DNA of 64,000 nucleotides from Amphiscolops sp. MND2022 (Eukaryota), in contig OZ076409.1 in NCBI GenBank assembly GCA_964187785.1, positions 84,136,001-84,200,000 on the forward strand, given 5' to 3'. A program made the translations under genes and the position numbers. How positions within the stretch are numbered: position 1 is the stretch's first letter; the number at the start of each line of letters is the position of its first letter. Positions 25,888 to 39,015 of this stretch are shown here, one piece after another. The notes under the pieces are model-generated. The model was not told the DNA's origin, did no database searches, and saw only the letters and a list, made by a program, of their open reading frames with translations.

Positions 25888-27262
25888 TTATACCATAGTA
25901 GTTTGATAATAAAACTGATCAGAATTGCCAGAACTATTCAAAGTAGATCTGTTCACATTTTCGACACTAGTGCGCTTGTCAAATCTATCATCTAAAATAG
26001 GAGAAACATGCCCAGCATACGAGTCGGCCCTTTGAGGGAACCTCTTTTTGACAGCCGATGGTTTCGAGTTTTTATCGCGTTCTTTCAAACCCTGTGATGA
26101 ACTTTTGCTACCACCAATAGGCTCTCTAACAACAGGAACATGATTTGTAATCTGTTTAGACCTGTCGTTAAACACGCTTCGATTTGATTGTCGTTCAGCA
26201 TTTTGCTGCTTCCACAGATCTTCAGTATTTTCATTTGCAATAGATTTCCCATCTAATTCTAAAGTTCTTTCGTCTTCAGAAACGATCCTCTGATCGCTGT
26301 TGGCAGATCCAAACTCTTCTTCAATTTCAGCTGCCAGGTTTGAAAGGTTCAAATCATTTTCGATTTTATCAGGATTTGATTCTCCAACAACTGCATTTTC
26401 TTTCGAAGCAGGTGAAAAACATTCCAAGTCTTCCTCATCGCTTGAGAAGCAGTCGTTGTCTGATAGACTTGAGGCCCTGCCTCGAATGACACTTTTGGGC
26501 TCCCTTCGTGCCCCGTTGCCACTATTACGGTGGGCTGACCATCGTAAGTCGTAGTTCTGAGATGTCCTCGTTACCGACGACTGTCCAAGCGAGGAACAAT
26601 GAGGAGCATTATGTACATTTTTATACGGAAGTCTGGTTGAGGACAAGAGACTGTTGGAGTTGCGAGAAGACAACGAATCTTTTACGTTCATATCATTGAT
26701 AGTAACACTTTCTTGTTTCTGCACAGGTTTTGGTTTTTTACTCTCTACAACGCTAGACGGAGGTGGATTGCTTTCTGGAAACACACTGGACGACCGGTCT
26801 AAGTCACTGGTACTTTCAACCATGGGAGAAGCCTGGCTGTATCCAGAGAAGAGTTGTTCGTTTGCCAGAGCCTCAGGCACTAAATGATCATAAGGATTGC
26901 CAATGGTGGTCTTGTGGAGGGGAGAGTTGTGACACGATTGGGAGTATTGCTGAAAGGGCTCGTCTAGGGGAACGTCATAAATAGGCGGGGAGTAGCAGTC
27001 ATCAAACAGATGGGCTCTCAATTCAGTATTGGACAAACCCAATCCAAGAGGTCTGGAAGCGTAAGTCGAGTTAGACCTCTGATCGTAGGGACTAGAAGCA
27101 AAGTTGGAGTTGGTATTGAATGGCGAAGATGCATAGTTTGCATTTGTACCAATTGAAGACGGACAGTAAGGTCTAATCATACCAGTGTTGCCCATTCCAG
27201 CTTTCTGAGATGCGTTGAAGAGGTTCGCAATAGAGGACATCGCCAAATCGTGTACAGATGAC
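25888..27262 (-). CDS. PLC probable terminal exon: Ser/Asn/Pro-rich low-complexity tail
   Basis: Acceptor cttttcAG|G TCA, phase 2, matching the donor at 27764. 457 open codons ending QTTMV*. Confidence 0.8.
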
Positions 27263-27763
27263 CTGAAAAGTTTGCCAGCTTCCTATATTGTTCAATTGAA
27301 AATTGTATTATTTAGCATTAATGAACCATAGAATTGACAAATTTAAATGGTAAAAAAGCGGAAGTGGCAATATCTTAAGCGAGAGTTCCACTTCAGCACT
27401 CAATCTTGTGCTTCGGTAACTATGTACTTGTACTTCGAAAGTTGAGCAGCGAAAACAAGTGTTTCCGTTAAGTAAGTAGTTGACATTCCAGTGTATCGAG
27501 ATTGGTACACACTAATTCTTTTGACTCTGCAGAAATGGAAAAAAAAACTATTTAGAGCTTTGATTTTTGATTTCTCATAACTGAATCATTCTTTACCACA
27601 TGCAATAACGCTATATCAAAATACTAACAATTTTTGAATTCAATTATAGAAAAACCAAAAGTGAAAACATATGGTTTCCTTGAAATAGGTCTTATGATCA
27701 AAATCCAATCTCACAAACCCGTTTTAAACCTTACCAGCTTAGCCCACTTTTGGAATCACTAAC

Positions 27764-28362
27764 CTTTTCTTGGACGCAATTCCGGCCTGAGTCATGAATT
27801 CATCTTCATAAATATTCCGATGAACTGAACTATAGGCAACTGTTGCGCAATGGGACTCGTACAAATCATTTGGACTCGGCGCCAATCCATCTGCAATTCC
27901 ATTGGGTGCATTTTCTCTTCCGCAAGTCAAATTAGGAGTGGACGTATTTCTGTGACCCAATTTAAACCTTCTTCCCGTTTCCGACCAGGATAAATCCTTC
28001 CTTTGGGTGAGAGGGTCTGCCGCGTTGTTTCTTTTCTTGTTGGAGCTTTTCCCGAAACCAAGGAAACTCTTTCTCCGCTGTTTGTTCTTTTCATTAGCAC
28101 GTGGTTTAGCTTCTATGGTGATGACAGCCACACAAGAGCTTGGACCCAAAAGAGGCACAACTTTGGTTCCAGCAGCAATTGAACAAACAGGGAGGACAAA
28201 GTCGGCAGAGAATTTCCTGGACTTGGAAAGCTCTTCGTACAGAGTGAGACACAAAAAAGCCATGCTAGGATAATTGATATCGAAAGTCTCGGCACATTGA
28301 GGCAAATTCATACAGTCAATGTATCTTGTACTTGTATCCGTCATGTGCCCTTTGATCTCAAC
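27764..28362 (-). CDS. PLC exon: C2 domain remainder and start of tail
   Basis: ttgcAG|GTT GAG (VEIKGHMTD, C2 VEIxG motif) ... FVLPVCSIAAGTKVVPL. Donor AG|GTtagt, phase 2. Confidence 0.85.
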
Positions 28363-28765
28363 CTGCAATTCAAAAAATCTAAATTATTCGATAAATAGAG
28401 CAGCAACCACTTAGCAGAGATACTTTAAGGATGAAAATTTATACTAGGAAAAAAAGTAAAATTAACAATGAGGAACTTTGTATTGTTTCTACAATTTGCA
28501 CAAGAGGGATACTTTTTTGCACCCTCTGGGTGCATTTAAAGATACTGGGCTAAATTTTCAAAAAAGACGCACAAAGACGAAAAAAACAAAATGAGAGACC
28601 ATTTGGTCTCGTCTCTTTGCGGGCAAAAAATAGCACAATGCGGGACTCAAACCGATATCCGATATGCGCTAGCCACTACGAAGCGCGGAAAGTATTTTCC
28701 AGTTTTCTATTAGGATATTTTTAAATAGCGCTAAAACTAAGGATTTCCTTTCTCGTATAAGAACA

Positions 28766-29008
28766 AACAAGCCGGGAACGGCATAAGTCGGCGCCATATC
28801 TAAGGCTCAAAAATAGCAAAAAGACATGAAAGTGTCAAAAAACTCAAAGTATGTATGTATGTTACGCGGAAAAACAGGAAATTTTTTTTGGTTCAGTACG
28901 CCAGGCAAAATGGTTCAATTTGACACCAAGAACTATTTTGGTCAGTCCGTGTGGATTGAAAAAAAGTCACTATAATAGTCGCGTTTCACTTCATGAACCG
29001 CCGACTAA
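28766..29008 (-). mobile_element. HINE-like family 1 copy, short with both ends; a further hairpin end at ~29141
   Basis: aacaagccgggaacggcataagtcggcgcc ... cactataatagtcgcgtttcacttcatgaaccgccgactaa. Confidence 0.72.
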
Positions 29009-29878
29009 AAATAAGAACACATTATAAGAAGATCAAAATCACCATCAAAAGAAAACAGAAGAATTACGAGCACGAAAAAATACGAGCTTGGCAAAAAAAT
29101 GAAATTTCGAGGCAATTCAAGTGTTACAACTGTAAAAAAAAGCAGCCGGGAACGGCCCGCCCGGCTCAAGGTAAAAAAGCAAAATCTTTTGCATATGCGA
29201 AGGAAGAAACATCATTGTGAAAATTTTAATCAAATTTACAGCGCCAAAAATACTCGAAAACATTGTCGAGAATTTTTTCCAGAAAAGTCTCAGTGCCGAT
29301 AAACCATAAACGAGACCCTCTGAAGTAGCACAGCGCTTTTTTCAAACTCAAAACGGTTTTAAAAAGTGAAGGAGGCCTTCGACCAAACTTTTCGCACAGA
29401 GCCGAAAAACCGTAGGTCATTTCTACAGGTATTGGGAAAACTTTCATCAGTCCCACAGGACCTAAAAATAACAGATGTATCCAATAAGACTCAACCTCAA
29501 ACCGAAAATGAGAAATTCACGGAAATTTCTTTCAAAAATTGTTTTCGATAAGTCGCATAGTGCCAAAAAACTGTAAGGGGCTCGCCTCTCTATGCTTGCA
29601 AACGCTTTGTTCGAGCCAAAAATAGAAGGGGGCATCGTTTAAAAAAATCAAAAAAAAAGTTGCATGGTAAATATATATTTGTCGTCTTCACTTCTTTTCA
29701 CTAGCTATGAAGGACTTTTCTAATTTTCTGAAAAAAATTCTACCCAACGGAAAGCCACAACTTCGCATTGATAAATATCATAAAAATCGTTGTGACTAAA
29801 AAAGTACTTCGAAATAAAAATATATATTCCGAAGAATCTTTTGTAAAAGTTGGAAATTGTGTTAAACCAAACAAACTT

Positions 29879-30315
29879 CGGTACTCCTGACTAAGTGTGG
29901 TCCCTACAAAATTTATGCAGCCGGCCTGAAAACTCCTGACTAAGTGTGGTCCCTAGCAAATTTAGAATAGCCAACGTGAAGCAAACATTACATGTAGTTC
30001 AAAACAGCAGAATTCAATTTACTAGCTTTTAGTGCTGTTACAGCCAATATGTATGGAACTTGATTTGAAGAGGTTAGCATATTTGTGGTATGGCTCGGTC
30101 GCTTCGCTCCCTTCGTTAAGTAGCAACATTGAGGCATGGCCATATGGCACGTCGCTCCGCTTCGCTCCTGCATTCAGGGCACTAGGGTATGTGAACATAG
30201 CTGACTACCTTATAATATTTATTCCGCCAAAATGTGCAGGGACCACACTTTACATTATAGGGACCACACTTAGTAAGGAGAAATCGCTTGGGATTACACT
30301 TAGTCAGGAGTACCC
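29879..30315. mobile_element. Unclassified MITE with reiterated TIR modules
   Basis: TIR (c/g)GGTACTCCTGACTAAGTGT; 'taagtgtggtccct' twice on the left and inverted about three times on the right; AAACTT at 29873-78 and 30316-21. Confidence 0.8.
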
Positions 30316-32069
30316 AAACTTTATCATCATCATTACTAGCGCAAAACACGAATGGATTACCACAATTCCCTGATATTACCGTTGATATGGGATTGATCAC
30401 AAGAAAATGCTGATAAATGCACAGGTTATACGCCCATGCCCCTGGTAAAATTGCTGAAAATCTAGGCTCATTTGTGAGAGAATACAGTATATAGAAAGGA
30501 CTTCATTGCGGGGAGCTTTCGCCGTTGCCACGTAATTGAAAAGCGGAAGTGCAGTAGCGTTCTAAAATACTGCAACCTCATTGCTTAAAATGGCAAAACT
30601 CAAAATAAAATTCCTTGAAAACTCATATATACGAAAAATTGTCAGCAAGGAAAATTTTTTTAGAATTCTATCTAGTTTACAAAAATGTTTGTTTGAAATT
30701 TCTACGACCTAAGCCGAAAAAATTGAAATTTGCATTTTCGAAAATTGAGTAGCTTAGAATTAAAATTTTTGGTTTTTTTTCATTCGCAGACTCCCTATAA
30801 TCTCCCGAACCTATTGAATTGTTTTGACCGAGAATTGGTTTTGAATCAGAAAAAATGCACTGATTTTTTTTTCAAATATTTAGTGTTTATGAGCACTGCA
30901 GTACATGTATTAAGATAGGCTATAAGAATTGTATTTAGAATATTGAGTTTTATTTGAAATCGAAAAAGTTTTTTTTTAAATCAAACCATATCAGCATCCT
31001 CAGCAGATTTAGGGGCAAATGATTGACTGAAAATTCTTCAAAACAGTTTTTTTAACTTTGTGAAAATCAAGAAAAAGTGCAAATTTGAACAAATGTAAAA
31101 ATTTACAATTTTCAACTCATGTAATTTTTGTCGCAAAAATTTCAATCAAATATTTTTGTAGACTAGATAAAATTCTAAGAAACATTCCTAGCTGACAATT
31201 TTTCGTATTTATGACAGTTTTGAAGATATTTGGATTTGAAATTTGCAATTTTAAGCATTGTAGTTGGGATATTTCAGAACGACACTCGCAACTATTGCTA
31301 GTGCTAGACACTAGTCCCCGCGATCCCGCCTACAAAATGACTTACTTGCTTGCTTTTCAGCAAAGGATGTTCACACTTCGGAAACCCGATTCAACCCAAA
31401 AATTCATTATTCTATTTGCGCTAGATTCCTACTTGCTGCTCTTGTAGGTACTTCCGCTGAAAAAATTAGCAGTCTTCGTGAATACGCAGAGCAATTTAAC
31501 GCTATAATTGATACAATTCATCCCACAAGTAACCAGATTCGCGCAAATAGAGGTCATTACGGAAAAGTACAGCTTTGAAAGAATTAACTTGAAAATTTTT
31601 TGGTGAATAAAACATTTACAACTTTCAAGCTACCTGTTTTCAAAAACGTTTTTAAAAAGACCAGGCTTAAACTAATAAACGAGAAAAAACATCAGTACAA
31701 CTTTTTCGCTTCGAAGGCGTTTCGTAACAAAAGGCAAGAACCTTTTGCAAACGTTTCCCAGTTACTCAATCACAATTCAAATTACCATGATTTGAAAACA
31801 ACTTCATTCGAAGTCTCTGTAAAACAGCGAACACGATTGATTGTAAGCCTACTGAGTCCTGCGGTAATGAGGTCTCATTTTGCAACAAAACTGACAAACA
31901 TGTTTTACCGATTTCAGTTCACTTGAGCTTTTAACCTCAGCTGCCACATGTTCCATAATGAGAGTTTTGGACCAATACGTTTCGAATTTACAGGGCAGTG
32001 AAAAAATAAATTAACATACCAAACTTAGCAGCAGTCTATTAAACCACTGGAAACAGGGTGCTTCGTAGC

Positions 32070-32907
32070 CAGGGACTCCGTAAAAATAATGGCACTTTAT
32101 GGACGTAAAGCCATCAATAATCTCCCTAATCCTTCGCAAAAAATAAATTATTTCCCTAACTTTTTGAAAATAAATAATGGAAATAATGGTAAATTTCCAA
32201 AACAATTTGAATAGCAAAACTCAAATTACAATATGCAGGAAATCCATTCGGCATCCCAGAATTTTTTATTGTTGATAAGAACAGTTCATCTTCCAGGTGC
32301 ATTGGTGTGATGTGCTGGGGTGTGGAACCGTACGGGTTGAATTGAAATTACGGTCTACGGTTTGAAAAACACTTTTGCTTCAGAAGTATTTAAATTTCTT
32401 CATCAAAAATCTTTGTGGTGTTATCAAAGCACTCATGTTTCTTGGCCCAAAATAGCATTTGAGGGAACGCCCTCTGCAAATTATAGCGTAAAAATAAAAT
32501 AATTTGAACGAATTCGTTTAAAGAGGTTCTTATTTGAGAATGAACAATTGAATGTTAAACAATGTATAAAACAATTCGCTCGTATTTCTCAAAAGTGTAC
32601 GGTTCGCTTTTCTCACAACTACGGTTTACGGTTTGGCACTACGGGTTTCGGTCCACGGTCTAAAAATCCCACACCCCAGGTGATGTGTCTTGAGTGTGTT
32701 CTTTGCTTGACAAATGAGTAATTTTGATCACGCCTTTTGTTTGCTTTCTACTTCTGTTGGCGCCAAAATTATCTTAAATTATTCCAAGTATGTGAAATAA
32801 ATTATTTCCCTAAACTCTATCTGAAAATGAATAATTTTTATTTTCGTGATGAAAAATAAATAATTTATGGCTATTATTTCCGTAAAACTTTTTTTTCGGA
32901 GTCCCTG
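32070..32907. mobile_element. hAT-type MITE (outer element)
   Basis: TIR CAGGGACTCCG / CGGAGTCCCTG; degenerate 8-bp TSD ttcgtagc / ctcgcagc. Confidence 0.75.
32315..32679. mobile_element. hAT-type MITE nested in the 32070-32907 element
   Basis: TIR CTGGGGTGTGG / CCACACCCCAG; perfect 8-bp TSD GTGATGTG (32307-14, 32680-87); 'tacggttt' subterminal repeats. Confidence 0.85.
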
Positions 32908-33460
32908 CTCGCAGCTGATGAATGAATATCAAACAACTTTACGACAATCATAGTTCAACAATGTCATACAGTGATATATAATGCAATTTACACTACTGCC
33001 GTCAAATTTCCCCACTGAAGGACAATGATCATCATCCGATAAGAGAAACACAGGAATAACTTCAGAGTACAGAGTATGAACAAGGAAGGAGGGAACGTCT
33101 AAAGTCAGCGTTTGGCTTAAGGCTCAAAAAGCCGGGAACGGCATAAGTCGGCGCCCCACTTAAGGCTTGAAAGGAGCGAAAATACTTCAAAGCGTGAGAA
33201 ATCAGTAAAAAAACATTGGCAGTTTGAGCTATAAAAGGCTTTTTCTATCTTAAAATATCCCAAAAAAAACAAAGTGAGGACCCATTGGGAAAATTGATTT
33301 TTTTGAGTCTCACAGTTCCAAAAATAACTCTCACATTCCATTTTAATTCGAATAAGTATGTCAAAACATCGATGGGTATACCGTTTCAATCAATTTGAAA
33401 TTGTGTAGAAATTTCATGATTTCGACCTGATAGAAAAAAATCGCGAGAAGCCACTATAAT

Positions 33461-36400
33461 TGTGAGAGAGTGCACTCTCGAACACTCAAACTAAAAAAGA
33501 AACAGGTTGTGTAACACTTTATTAAAGTTGTTTACCAACAAAAAGAGTGCTCACAAGAAAAGTGAGAGCGGCCATTTGCCACATGGTCTACATACAATAC
33601 AGTATTAACAGCTCTATTGTTTTGATTCTTCCTCGAGATAGCATAGCTACAACATGGCGCTGCGAGACAATTCTTTTGAATCCAGCGGGAAACAAACCAC
33701 AAGCAGTTCGTCAGCTCTGGCGGGACTGCCAGCTTATTGGGAGTGTCCAGAAGTACCACCTAAAGCAGAATGGGAAAAGTGGTGGGAACTCTTCGTAATG
33801 GCAATAAATGCCAAACATGCTATATCAGTTACCGAGTTACTTAGAACACCTACCCAAAACAGCCCACGACAGGCAGCACTACTAAACAATCTAAACGAAC
33901 AAGCCGCAGAACGGAAAGTTGTCAGCATTTTATTCTTATCATTAGGAGTGGAAAGAATCTAACCGACAAATTTCCGTATATGACGGTAGCCACAGCACCA
34001 CTAGCAGAAATCAAAGAAAATTGCAAGCAGACGTTTTACAAACCCAGGAATAGAACCCTGGAGCGATGCAAATTCTTCGCACGAAAACAACAGAGTCATG
34101 AGTCGTTGAGACAATTCTGGAATATCCTCACGGGATTAGCGGCAAGATGTGAATTTGGCGAACAAACAGAGGGGCTTATCATGGACGCATTCATCCAGAA
34201 CATGCGACACAAGACAGTACAGGAACGCCTGTGTACTGAACCAAAAGAAAATCCAAAGGAAGCATTACAATTCGCGATCGCATATGAAGAAGGCATAAGC
34301 CAACAAAAGAATTTCGCAGGAGGCGCAGAAATAAAAACAGAACCAGTAATGGCAGTAGAGGGAAGAACAACAAGAAATCCATGTACACGATGCGGGTTCG
34401 AATTTTCGCAAAACCACTTAGCAGCATGTAAAGCGAAAACAGAGAAATGCAGAAACTGCGGAGTAACGGGACACTTCGCAAGAATGTGCAAGAGACCACG
34501 AGCTGGCAACTCGCGCGGAGCTGGCAGAAATCAAAATAGTGGCAACATGCGGAGAGTGAACATGATTGAACAATCAGCCGACCAATCAGGAGGCAGCTCG
34601 GAATGGGACGAGGACAACATTGTACTACACGTAAACGGGGTAGGTGTTAAACCATTTGTGTTGAAAGGAAAGATAAACAAACAACAATTTTCAACCATGA
34701 TAGACTCAGGGTCGCCCATAACGATCTTCACGAAGGAAGACTTATGCCAAATACTGAAAACAGACCTAATCTTCGCAAGACCCCTCCCGAAAAACGAAGA
34801 GTACGTTGACTACAACGGCAGACCACTTAACCTGGTAGGAAACATCACAGTTGACGTAGAAGTGGGGAAACAAAAGATGACACGAGCACGCATAGTGATA
34901 TCAAGAGACGGGAAGAAGTCACTGATTGGTCGCGACTGGCTAACAAAACTCAACTACCGACTCACAGAAAAACAAAATGAAGGTGAGTGCAAAAACATTG
35001 TAAATAACATTGTAAGAAAAGAGGAATTGTCCCCGGAATTAAAACAAATTCAGAAAAAGTTTCCAAAGGTTTTTAAAAGAACAGGTAAGATCATCGGACA
35101 CACGATCAAGATCGAATTCAAAGAAGGGGCCAAAATCACGCAACAGAAGGGCAGACGAGTGCCATTACAACTACAGCAAGCAGTGAACAAAGAAATAAAG
35201 AACCTACTGGAGGCAGGACATATCAAGAAGATCGACAAAGTGACAGACGAGATGTTCATACAACCGGTGGTAATTACGGTCAAAAAAGACAGAAGTGTCA
35301 AAATTGCGCTAGATGCCAGGTCGCTCAACAATGCCATTTTGAAGAATAAATATCAAATGCCAGATCTGGAAAGTCTGATGGATAAGATCGCTGAGGTAAT
35401 TAACAGCAAACAAGAAGGCGAAGTATTTTTCACTTCATTAGATATGCAATACGCATATGGCCAGACACAATTACATCCCGAGACAGCGAAGCACTGCAAC
35501 TTCCAAATTGTGGGAGAAACGACGGGCACATACGCATTCAACACAGGATTTTACGGGTTAACTACAATGCCCCCGGAATTCCAGAAAATCATGGACAACA
35601 TCTTACACGAACTAAACAATACATTCACATTTATCGATGATATATTAATTGTGACAAAAGGGACAAAAGACGATCACCTGAAGAAAGTGGAAGAAACCAT
35701 CAAAGTGTTAGATGAAGCAGGAGTCAGGCTGAAAATAGAAAAGTGCATGATAGCCAAACGAGAAACCGAATGGCTGGGATACATATTGTCGGCTGAAGGA
35801 ATAAAGCCCATCAACGAAAAGGTACAGGCTATCACTGAGAAATTAAGACCAAAGAACTTAAAAGACTTGCGGTCCTTCATGGGGGCAATAAATCAGCTAA
35901 ATAAATTTATACCGAACCTAGCCAACATATGTGCACCCTTGAGACCCCTCCTAAAACATGATAACGAATGGAAGTGGGAAAAAGAGCATGAAGCTTTCGA
36001 GAAAATAAAGGAAGCAATTCGAAAGATCACCGAGTTGAAACACTTCAAAAGAGACCTGCCCCTAAGAATTATATGTGATGCTAGCAGAGAAGGACTGGGG
36101 GCGATGCTACAACAGGAACAAGAAGAAGGTTGGGAAACAACCCACTACGCTTCAAGATTTTTGACGGAGTTTGAACAAAAATACTCGATCAACGAGTTAG
36201 AATTGTTGGCCGTTGTGTGGGCCGTGGAATATTTCCGAAATTTTGTATACGGCACAGAATTCGAGGTAGTATCAGATCATAAAGCCCTAACGACTATACT
36301 AAGAGGTAACAGAGGAAATAAAACATATTCGTCGAGACTTACTAGGTGGGTGGATCGGCTACTTCCATTCCAATTCAGGGTAGTCCACGCCCCAGGACGC

Positions 36401-39015
36401 ACCATGGGAATGGCTGATTATTTGTCTCGGCATCCGTCGGAAAGTAAGGGTAACGATAACAAAATTAAAGCAGAGGAATTGTGGCACAATTGGTTCACCG
36501 TTAATGAAATAACTAAACAATCCAATTCTGTTTTAGACACAGCCAATAGAATTCAGCGAGAAGAAGCAAAACAGCCAATGAGCGAGAAGTTGGCAACTCC
36601 GAGCGAACGGCACGCGAAGGTGAAGGCGGAGACAGTGAGCGAGATAACAAGTGCAAATAAACAAACAATTAAACAAATAGCAGCAATCATAACAAACGCG
36701 CAAGAAAGCAATCACAGTGTGAATTCAAGCGACAGCGAACAGATTAAAACTAACGCAAATTCCAGCGACAGTGATCAAATGAGCGACGAGCTAATACAAG
36801 AGGCTAATAAGCCACCCATAAAAACGCCACAATGCTACTCGGTGAACCAAATCGAGGTTCTGCAATCTCTGGGCAATTTTACATTTGCCTCACAATATGA
36901 ATCCGACGAGTTCCTACAGAGAGTAATTGGGCTAATAAAAAAGCCAGACGCGACCAAAATTAATCGACTGCCAACACCGTGGCGCGAAAAGTTTCGATGC
37001 CTTAGCTTAGACGACCACGACTTTATGTATATGGACGAGCGTCTCGTCATTCCAAAATTATTGCGACCAATTATTATGCGATCACTGCATTATGGCCATC
37101 CCGGTAGGGACAGTATGCTCGCCACAGTCAGCAATGTATGGTGGCCGAAGTTACACAGAGAAGTAGTAACAATCGCAAAGAACTGCCCCCAATGCTGTAA
37201 CGCCGGTAAGAATATTAAAACTATACTAAGGCAAAAACAAGTTGGTAAACTACCTAGTTGCTCCGAAAATAACCAAGAGATAGCAATAGACTTCGCGGGC
37301 CCGTTTCAAAATGCAATTCACGCAAGAAAATATTTATTAGTCTCAATAGATCATTTTTCAGGTTGGCCAGAAGCAAAATTCTTAAGCAAGCCAACAACTG
37401 ACAACGTAATAGAGTTCTTGAGAAACTATATATCAAGACACGGGATCCCTAAGATAATTAGGACGGACCCAGCCACAATCTTTCGAAGTAGAAAGTTCAA
37501 GGAATTTTGTAACAAGTGGCTGATAAAACATATCGAGTGCCCAATAAGCGATCACCGTGGAAACGGAAAAATCGAACGGCTGATAAGAACGATAAATGAA
37601 CGGCTAAGAACAAATAAGGAAATAGTGGTAAAGAGAGACAAGTCTGGGTTATCAGAAATATTATTTGCCTTGAGAATGAACCCATCAAGAACAGGAAAAT
37701 CGCCGTTTGAAAAATACACTGGAGTAGAACCGAACACAATAAAGAAACTAGTCATAAATCGTGACAAATTCATTTCAGAAAACCCAGAATTTCCCCTCAC
37801 AGAGACGGACTTCGAGAGTGGCCAAGACTCAACAATACTAGTAAGAGAACGAGCCAGAGGAAGCAAGCTAGAAGGCAGCTTCAAGAAAAGAAAAGGCGTG
37901 CTCTTAGAACAGTCGAATCACACAATCACGTTCCTACCCGCAGGTAGTAACAATCCATCGGTCCTGTCAAAAAGAGACATCGGATACAGCAACGAAGACC
38001 AGCCATGCTGCTCAAAAGAGGCAGATAAGAGAAAGCAGACGAAAATAGTGGAGCCGCCAACTACAAGCGAGCTGCCAACTACAAGCGAGCAAGCAAATAG
38101 AAATGAGACAAGCAGCCAAAGCTTACCGCCAGATGCAGAAATTGAACGCGCGCACGAGCCAATAAAAAGACAGAACGAAAAGAAAGCGCCGGCAATGAAA
38201 CAGTTCAAGGAGAAAATAGCGAAGAGAAACCGAAAACAAAAGAAAAGCAAAATCGAAAAACAACCCACAATCTGGGAACAATTAGAAAATTCAGACTCTG
38301 AAGAAGAAGAAGAACAAAAACCAGAAAAGCAAAACGAAGAAACAATCACCGCAAACGAAGAGAAGAACAAGCAGAACGAAGAAACAATTACCGCGCACGA
38401 AGAGAAGAACGAGCAGAATCAGCCCAAGGCAGAAAAACAACAGAAGGCAGAGCCAAGAAGGGGGGAAAGGAGCAGAAACAAAACCGAATTCTACGGCCAC
38501 AATGTGATGATAACCAACATCGACCAGAGCCCGGAAAAACAATAAGCCAGGAGTTGCCAACTCCAAGGAAGCTGTCACCGCACGGTGACATGACAACAAA
38601 CTCAAAACTGGTACAAATAAGGAACCAGCCAAAAACATTAACCATATTATTGGCGCTACTTTAGTCAATTGAGTTAACTGGTATAACAAATACCATACAT
38701 GTAAGCAAATTTAACTGAGTACATTATTATGACTATACAGAATTAATGTACAATTTTAGTTCATTTAAAAGCTGTAAATCTGTATTAACCTTGATTGTCC
38801 AATCACCTATAAACTGGGGGATGTGAGAGAGTGCACTCTCGAACACTCAAACTAAAAAAGAAACAGGTTGTGTAACACTTTATTAAAGTTGTTTACCAAC
38901 AAAAAGAGTGCTCACAAGAAAAGTGAGAGCGGCCATTTGCCACATGGTCTACATACAATACAGTATTAACAGCTCTATTGTTTTGATTCTTCCTCGAGAT
39001 AGCATAGCTACAACA
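33461..39015 (+). mobile_element. Gypsy-2: full-length Ty3/Gypsy LTR retrotransposon, very recent insertion in a PLC intron
   Basis: 194-bp LTRs at 33461-33654 and 38822-39015 appear identical (TGTG...AACA). TSD ATAAT. PBS TGGCGCTGCGAG at 33655; short G-rich PPT GGGGGA at 38816-21. Confidence 0.98.
33654..38545 (+). CDS. Gypsy-2 gag-pol polyprotein, one frameshift near 33950; 33980-38545 is open for 1521 aa
   Basis: Knuckles CTRC..H...C and CRNCGVTGHFARMC; protease MIDSGS; RT FIDD; RNase H CDAS; integrase HPG..CPQC and DDE. 33654-33950 aligns with the Gypsy-1 Gag N-terminus. Confidence 0.92.

Noticed and set aside
33940..33965. Programmed ribosomal frameshift in Gypsy-2 gag
   Set aside because: Lies mid-Gag, and Gypsy-1 is continuous here with extra bases, so it is more simply a deletion.
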